This document shows positions 60,337-64,000 of a stretch of DNA of 64,000 bases, piece by piece; within the stretch, counting starts at the first letter, position 1; every line of letters starts with the position of its first letter. A model generated the notes under the pieces. That model made no database searches. It was given only the letters and a program-made list of their open reading frames with translations, and was not told the DNA's origin. This stretch comes from Nevskiaceae bacterium (GTDB taxonomy: Bacteria > Pseudomonadota > Gammaproteobacteria > Nevskiales > Nevskiaceae): NCBI GenBank assembly GCA_036275365.1, contig DASUDX010000083.1, positions 18,390 to 82,389 of the forward strand, given 5' to 3'. Both the position numbers and the translations under genes were made by a program.

Positions 60337-61338
60337 TCAGGCGGTGGCCCCGCCGCAGGAGCTGCCGGCGCCGGCGGTGCAGGCCAGGCAATGGCTGCCG
60401 AAGCGGATCGGCCGCCCCAGCAGGCGCTCGCGGTCGGCGTTGTCCAGGCTCAGCGGCTGGCCCTGGGCATCCTCGGCCTGCAGGCCGATCTGCTGGTTGA
60501 AGTCGCAGTCGTAGAGCCGGCCGCGGTGATCCACCGAGATCAGGCGGCGGCACATCACGCCCTCGGCCGCAGCCGGGTTGAAGGCGGCCAGCAGCTTGTC
60601 CAGATAGGCCTCGTACTGGCCGGTCTTGCGCAGGTGCAGGGCGAAGCGGTGGATGGGGACATTGGTCAGCGCGTAGAGCCGGTTGAAGCGCAGGCCGTGG
60701 CGCTCGCCCAGCACCCGCCGGTAGTCGGCCTCCAGGCTCGCCTGGGCCGCCGGCAGATAGGGCCCCACCGGGTTGTAGACGAGGTTGAGCACGAGCCCGC
60801 TGGCGGGGTCGCCATAGCCCCGGGCATTGAGCCGGCGCAGCGCCTCCAGGCTCTTCTCGAACACCCCCTTGCCGCGCTGGGTATCGGTGAAGAAGGCCTC
60901 GTAATAGGGCAGCGAGCTGACCACCTCCACCGCCTGCTCGGCGAAGAAGGCGGGCAGATCGGCGAGGCTCTCGCCGGTCAGCGGATGGGGGTCGAGCTGC
61001 ACGGTGAGGTTGTGGCGCACCATCACCTGCCGGCCCAGCGCCCGGGCGCCGCGGACCAGCTCGCGGAACTGCGGGTGGAGCTCGGGCGCACCGCCGGTGA
61101 GATCGAGGGTGCGGATGGCCGGGTCGCGCGCCAGCCAGTGCAGACAGGCGGCCACGCCCTCGGCGGAGAGCGCCTCGCGCCGCGCCGGCGAGGCATCGAC
61201 ATGGCAGTGCCGGCAGGCCTGGTTGCAGGTCAGGGTGAGATTCACCTGCAGGGTGTCCAGCCCCTGCACCGGCAGCTGCAGGCCGTGGCGGGCCAGCGTT
61301 GCCGCGAAGTCGTGACGCGCCGGGCCCGGGGCGTTCAT
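60337..61338 (-). CDS. arsS: ArsS-type radical SAM/Cys-rich protein (arsenosugar-biosynthesis family)
   Basis: 333 aa. Radical SAM motif [12 protein letters not shown] (CxxxCxxC). C-terminal [15 protein letters not shown], as in the ArsS family (Cys form of the position that is Sec in some members). Paired with the AhpD-like partner gene. Confidence 0.8.
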   Translation of the reverse strand: MNAPGPARHDFAATLARHGLQLPVQGLDTLQVNLTLTCNQACRHCHVDASPARREALSAEGVAACLHWLARDPAIRTLDLTGGAPELHPQFRELVRGARALGRQVMVRHNLTVQLDPHPLTGESLADLPAFFAEQAVEVVSSLPYYEAFFTDTQRGKGVFEKSLEALRRLNARGYGDPASGLVLNLVYNPVGPYLPAAQASLEADYRRVLGERHGLRFNRLYALTNVPIHRFALHLRKTGQYEAYLDKLLAAFNPAAAEGVMCRRLISVDHRGRLYDCDFNQQIGLQAEDAQGQPLSLDNADRERLLGRPIRFGSHCLACTAGAGSSCGGATA

Positions 61339-61339
61339 C

Positions 61340-61675
61340 TCAGAGCACCAGCTGGTCGAGCTTGTTCTGCATCTGCACCGAGTGCACCAGGGTGATGCCG
61401 GCCTGCATCACCGCCGCCACATGCACCGCCTCCATCATCTGCTCGGGGCTGGCGCCCGCCTCCAGGCTGCCGGTGGTGTAGGCATCGATGCAGTAGGGGC
61501 ATTTCTGCGCATGGGCGATGGCCAGGGCGATCAGCGCCTTCTCGCGCCGGGTCAGCGCGCCGTCCTGGCCGGTGACCGCGCCGTAGTACTGGAAGAACTG
61601 ATCGGCCAGGGCCTTGCCGTGGCGGCCGATCTCGCCGAATTTCTGCAGGTCGTCGGCGTTGTAATAGGGATTCAT
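61340..61675 (-). CDS. AhpD-like/carboxymuconolactone decarboxylase family protein (ArsS-associated peroxidase-like partner)
   Basis: Start set at ATG 61675 ([16 protein letters not shown]...). CxxC motif [11 protein letters not shown]. It ends 1 nt before the arsS start. Confidence 0.8.
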   Translation of the reverse strand: MNPYYNADDLQKFGEIGRHGKALADQFFQYYGAVTGQDGALTRREKALIALAIAHAQKCPYCIDAYTTGSLEAGASPEQMMEAVHVAAVMQAGITLVHSVQMQNKLDQLVL

Positions 61676-61789
61676 GGCGGGTGGGCGGGCGGTGGGAAGG
61701 GGCGGACGGCCGGAGCCGGGACGATGCCGCCGGCGGGGTCCGGCCGGCAAGGGCCCTTACACTACGCGCCCGGTCTGCTGCTGGTTGCC

Positions 61790-63157
61790 ATGTCCAAGCC
61801 CTCCACCGCCCCCAAAGTGGGCTTCGTCTCCCTCGGCTGCCCGAAGGCGCTGGTGGACTCCGAGCGCATCCTCACCCAGCTGCGCGCGGAGGGCTACGAG
61901 ACCGTGCCCAGCTACGACGCTGCCGATGTGGTGATCGTCAACACCTGCGGCTTCATCGACTCGGCGGTCGAGGAGTCGCTGGAGGCGATCGGCGAGGCGA
62001 TGGCGGAGAACGGCAAGGTGATCGTCACCGGCTGCCTCGGCACCGGGCCGAAAAGCCATGTGGTGAAGGAGAAGTTTCCGGATCTGCTGTCGATCTCCGG
62101 CCCGCAGAACTATGCGGCGGTGATGAGCGCGGTGCACCAGGCGCTGCCACCGCGCCACGATCCCTTCGTCGATCTGCTGCCCGCCCCGCGCGCCGCGGCC
62201 GACGACATCGGCGTGAAGCTCACGCCCAAGCACTACGCCTATCTGAAGATTTCCGAAGGCTGCAATCACAAGTGCAGCTTCTGCATCATCCCCTCGATGC
62301 GCGGCCGGCTGGTGTCACGGCCGGTGGACGAGGTGCTGCGCGAGGCCGAGAAGCTCGCCCGCGCCGGCGTCAAGGAACTGCTGGTGATCTCCCAGGACAC
62401 CAGCGCCTACGGCGTGGACCTCCACTACGCCCCCGGGCGCTGGCGCGATCGCGACTACCGCAGCTCGATGCTCGAGCTCTGCCAGGGCCTCGGCGAGCTG
62501 GGCCTGTGGGTGCGCCTGCACTATGTCTATCCCTACCCGCATGTGGACGAGATCCTGCCGCTGATGGCCGAGGGCAAGGTGCTGCCCTATCTCGACATCC
62601 CCTTCCAGCACGGCAGCCCCTCGGTGCTCAAGCGCATGAAGCGCCCGGCCTTCGCCGAGGACACGCTGCGGCGGATCGAGCGCTGGCGCGCCATCTGCCC
62701 GGAGCTGACCCTGCGCAGCACCTTCATCGTCGGCTTCCCCGGCGAGACCGAGGCCGAGTTCCAGGAACTGATCGACTGGCTCAAGGCCGCCCGCATCGAT
62801 CGCGCCGGCGCCTTCGCCTACTCGCCGGTGGAGGGCGCCCGCGCCAATGCACTGCCGGATCCGGTGGACGAGGCGGTCAAGCAGGCGCGGCTCAAGACCT
62901 TCATGCAGACCCAGGCGCGGATCAGCCGCGCCAAGCTCAAGAAGAAGATCGGCCAGACCCTCGAGGTGCTGGTGGACGAGATCGACGAGCAGGGCGTGGT
63001 CAGCGGCCGCTCCAAGGCCGATGCCCCGGAGATCGATGGCCGGGTCTATCTCTCCAGCGACCGCCCGCTGCGCCCGGGCCAGATCGTCCGCGCCCGGGTG
63101 ATCCAGGCCGATGCCCATGACCTCAACGCGGATGTGCTCGATGAAGACGCTGGCTAG
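61790..63157 (+). CDS. rimO: Ribosomal protein S12 methylthiotransferase RimO
   Basis: Start at ATG 61790 ([25 protein letters not shown]). Contains [10 protein letters not shown], the radical SAM motif [13 protein letters not shown] and a C-terminal TRAM domain ([12 protein letters not shown]...[16 protein letters not shown]). Confidence 0.93.
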   Translation: MSKPSTAPKVGFVSLGCPKALVDSERILTQLRAEGYETVPSYDAADVVIVNTCGFIDSAVEESLEAIGEAMAENGKVIVTGCLGTGPKSHVVKEKFPDLLSISGPQNYAAVMSAVHQALPPRHDPFVDLLPAPRAAADDIGVKLTPKHYAYLKISEGCNHKCSFCIIPSMRGRLVSRPVDEVLREAEKLARAGVKELLVISQDTSAYGVDLHYAPGRWRDRDYRSSMLELCQGLGELGLWVRLHYVYPYPHVDEILPLMAEGKVLPYLDIPFQHGSPSVLKRMKRPAFAEDTLRRIERWRAICPELTLRSTFIVGFPGETEAEFQELIDWLKAARIDRAGAFAYSPVEGARANALPDPVDEAVKQARLKTFMQTQARISRAKLKKKIGQTLEVLVDEIDEQGVVSGRSKADAPEIDGRVYLSSDRPLRPGQIVRARVIQADAHDLNADVLDEDAG

Positions 63158-63401
63158 GCTGTTGACCCTGACGCTGCTGGCCGGCTGTGCCGGTCCCGCC
63201 CCGGTGCTGCGCTACAGCGCACCGGACGGGGTGTCCGACGAGTGGATGCAGCGCGATCTCGCCGCCTGCGTCGAGGAGGCCGGCATCGAGCGCCTCGCCG
63301 CCGACCGCGTGCGGCTGCAGCAGCAGTGCATGATGGATCGCGGCTACCGGCTGGAAGAGCTGACGCCGATCGACAGCGAGGCGGTCACCGGCCAGCCCTG
63401 A
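63141..63401 (+). CDS. Small lipoprotein of unknown function
   Basis: ATG 63141 ([16 protein letters not shown] lipobox). 86 aa. Overlaps the rimO 3' end by 17 nt. No recognised domain. Confidence 0.55.
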   Translation: MKTLARLLTLTLLAGCAGPAPVLRYSAPDGVSDEWMQRDLAACVEEAGIERLAADRVRLQQQCMMDRGYRLEELTPIDSEAVTGQP

Positions 63402-63409
63402 GCCGGCGG

Positions 63410-64000
63410 CTAGCCCAGCGCCCAGAACCACAGCGGCACGCTGGCGAAGCTGAGCAGAATCCCCAGCCCCACCACCAGGGTCACCAGCGGCGGATCGAGC
63501 CGGTGGCTGGCGGCGAGAATGCCGGCGGTGATCATCGGACCCTGGGCGGCCTGCAGCACGCCCACCGTCGCCGGCAGCCCGCCGGCGCTGCCGCTGGCCA
63601 GGGCCAGTGCCCACACCGCCAGCGGCGCCAGCAGCAGCTTCCAGGCGAGGCCCGTGGCCACCAGGCCAACCCGGCCGCGCAGCGCCCCGAGGCGGAACTG
63701 CAGGCCGACCACGAACAGGGCGATGGGCGTCAGCGTCTCGCCCAGCCGATGCAGCAGCTCGCTCACCGCCGGCGGCCAGCCGCCCAGCTGGCCGACCAGC
63801 AGGGCCAGCATCAGGGCCAGAAAGGGCGGGAAGCGCAGCACCCGCTGGGCGATGATGCCCGGGCTGAGGCGGTCGCCGGCATAGGCCGCGGCCAGCGCCA
63901 CGCCCACCGTCGACAGACCGAGGAAGCTGCCCAGCTGATCGGCGATCAGCGCCGCGCCCAGCGCCTGCGGCCCGATCAGGGCCTGGATCATCGGCAGGCC
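63410..64000 (-). CDS. AEC (auxin efflux carrier) family transporter, 3' part; gene continues past the right window edge
   Basis: The reverse frame is open to the window end. The hydrophobic sequence ...FPPFLALMLALLVGQ...TPIALFVVGLQF...GPMITAGILA... is typical of the C-terminal half of AEC permeases. Confidence 0.7.
   Translation of the reverse strand, partial: GLPMIQALIGPQALGAALIADQLGSFLGLSTVGVALAAAYAGDRLSPGIIAQRVLRFPPFLALMLALLVGQLGGWPPAVSELLHRLGETLTPIALFVVGLQFRLGALRGRVGLVATGLAWKLLLAPLAVWALALASGSAGGLPATVGVLQAAQGPMITAGILAASHRLDPPLVTLVVGLGILLSFASVPLWFWALG

Overview
This is a 64-kb, very GC-rich chromosomal segment (about 70% G+C by eye, not computed) of a Gammaproteobacteria-type genome. I call about 50 protein-coding genes. 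No rRNA, tRNA, CRISPR array, transposase or integrase was seen by eye. The centre of the window is a complete E. coli-type 13-gene NADH:quinone oxidoreductase operon with fused nuoCD (9.7-24.8 kb). A small EF-hand lipoprotein gene and purT are chained to its 3' end by overlapping stop/start codons. Other confident core genes are typA/bipA, mltF, leuS-lptE, minCDE, fadD, rimO, dcp and an S-formylglutathione hydrolase. The remaining genes are as follows:
- a Tat-exported PhoX phosphatase next to an uncharacterised secreted protein and a PHP-type lipoprotein
- a DUF1800/DUF1501 pair
- a 1494-aa CHASE-PAS-GAF hybrid histidine kinase coupled to a REC-GGDEF regulator
- a DUF481 porin-like protein with a thioredoxin-like ferredoxin
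- a phasin locus
- an ABC ATPase/FtsX/DUF3299 triad
- a circularly permuted ATP-grasp/alpha-E pair followed by an HNH endonuclease
- an ArsS/AhpD-like radical-SAM pair.
The window reads mostly as housekeeping. I see no clear defence island or mobile element. The signals not explained by ordinary gene calls are:
1. a four-copy ACTGGAA heptad array with an upstream complement, immediately before nuoE
2. the HNH locus, which has an AT-rich leader, a 96%-identical 110-bp-period tandem duplication of the gene's 3' end, and a 31-nt GC palindrome
3. the nuoN/EF-hand/purT translational chain
4. an uncharacterised repeat-containing secreted protein next to phoX
5. a duplicated TTGCAACAA motif upstream of the phasin gene.
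All domain calls rest on motifs I recognise in the supplied translations. No database search was possible. Many long ORFs in the track are stop-free antisense frames typical of high-GC DNA and were rejected.
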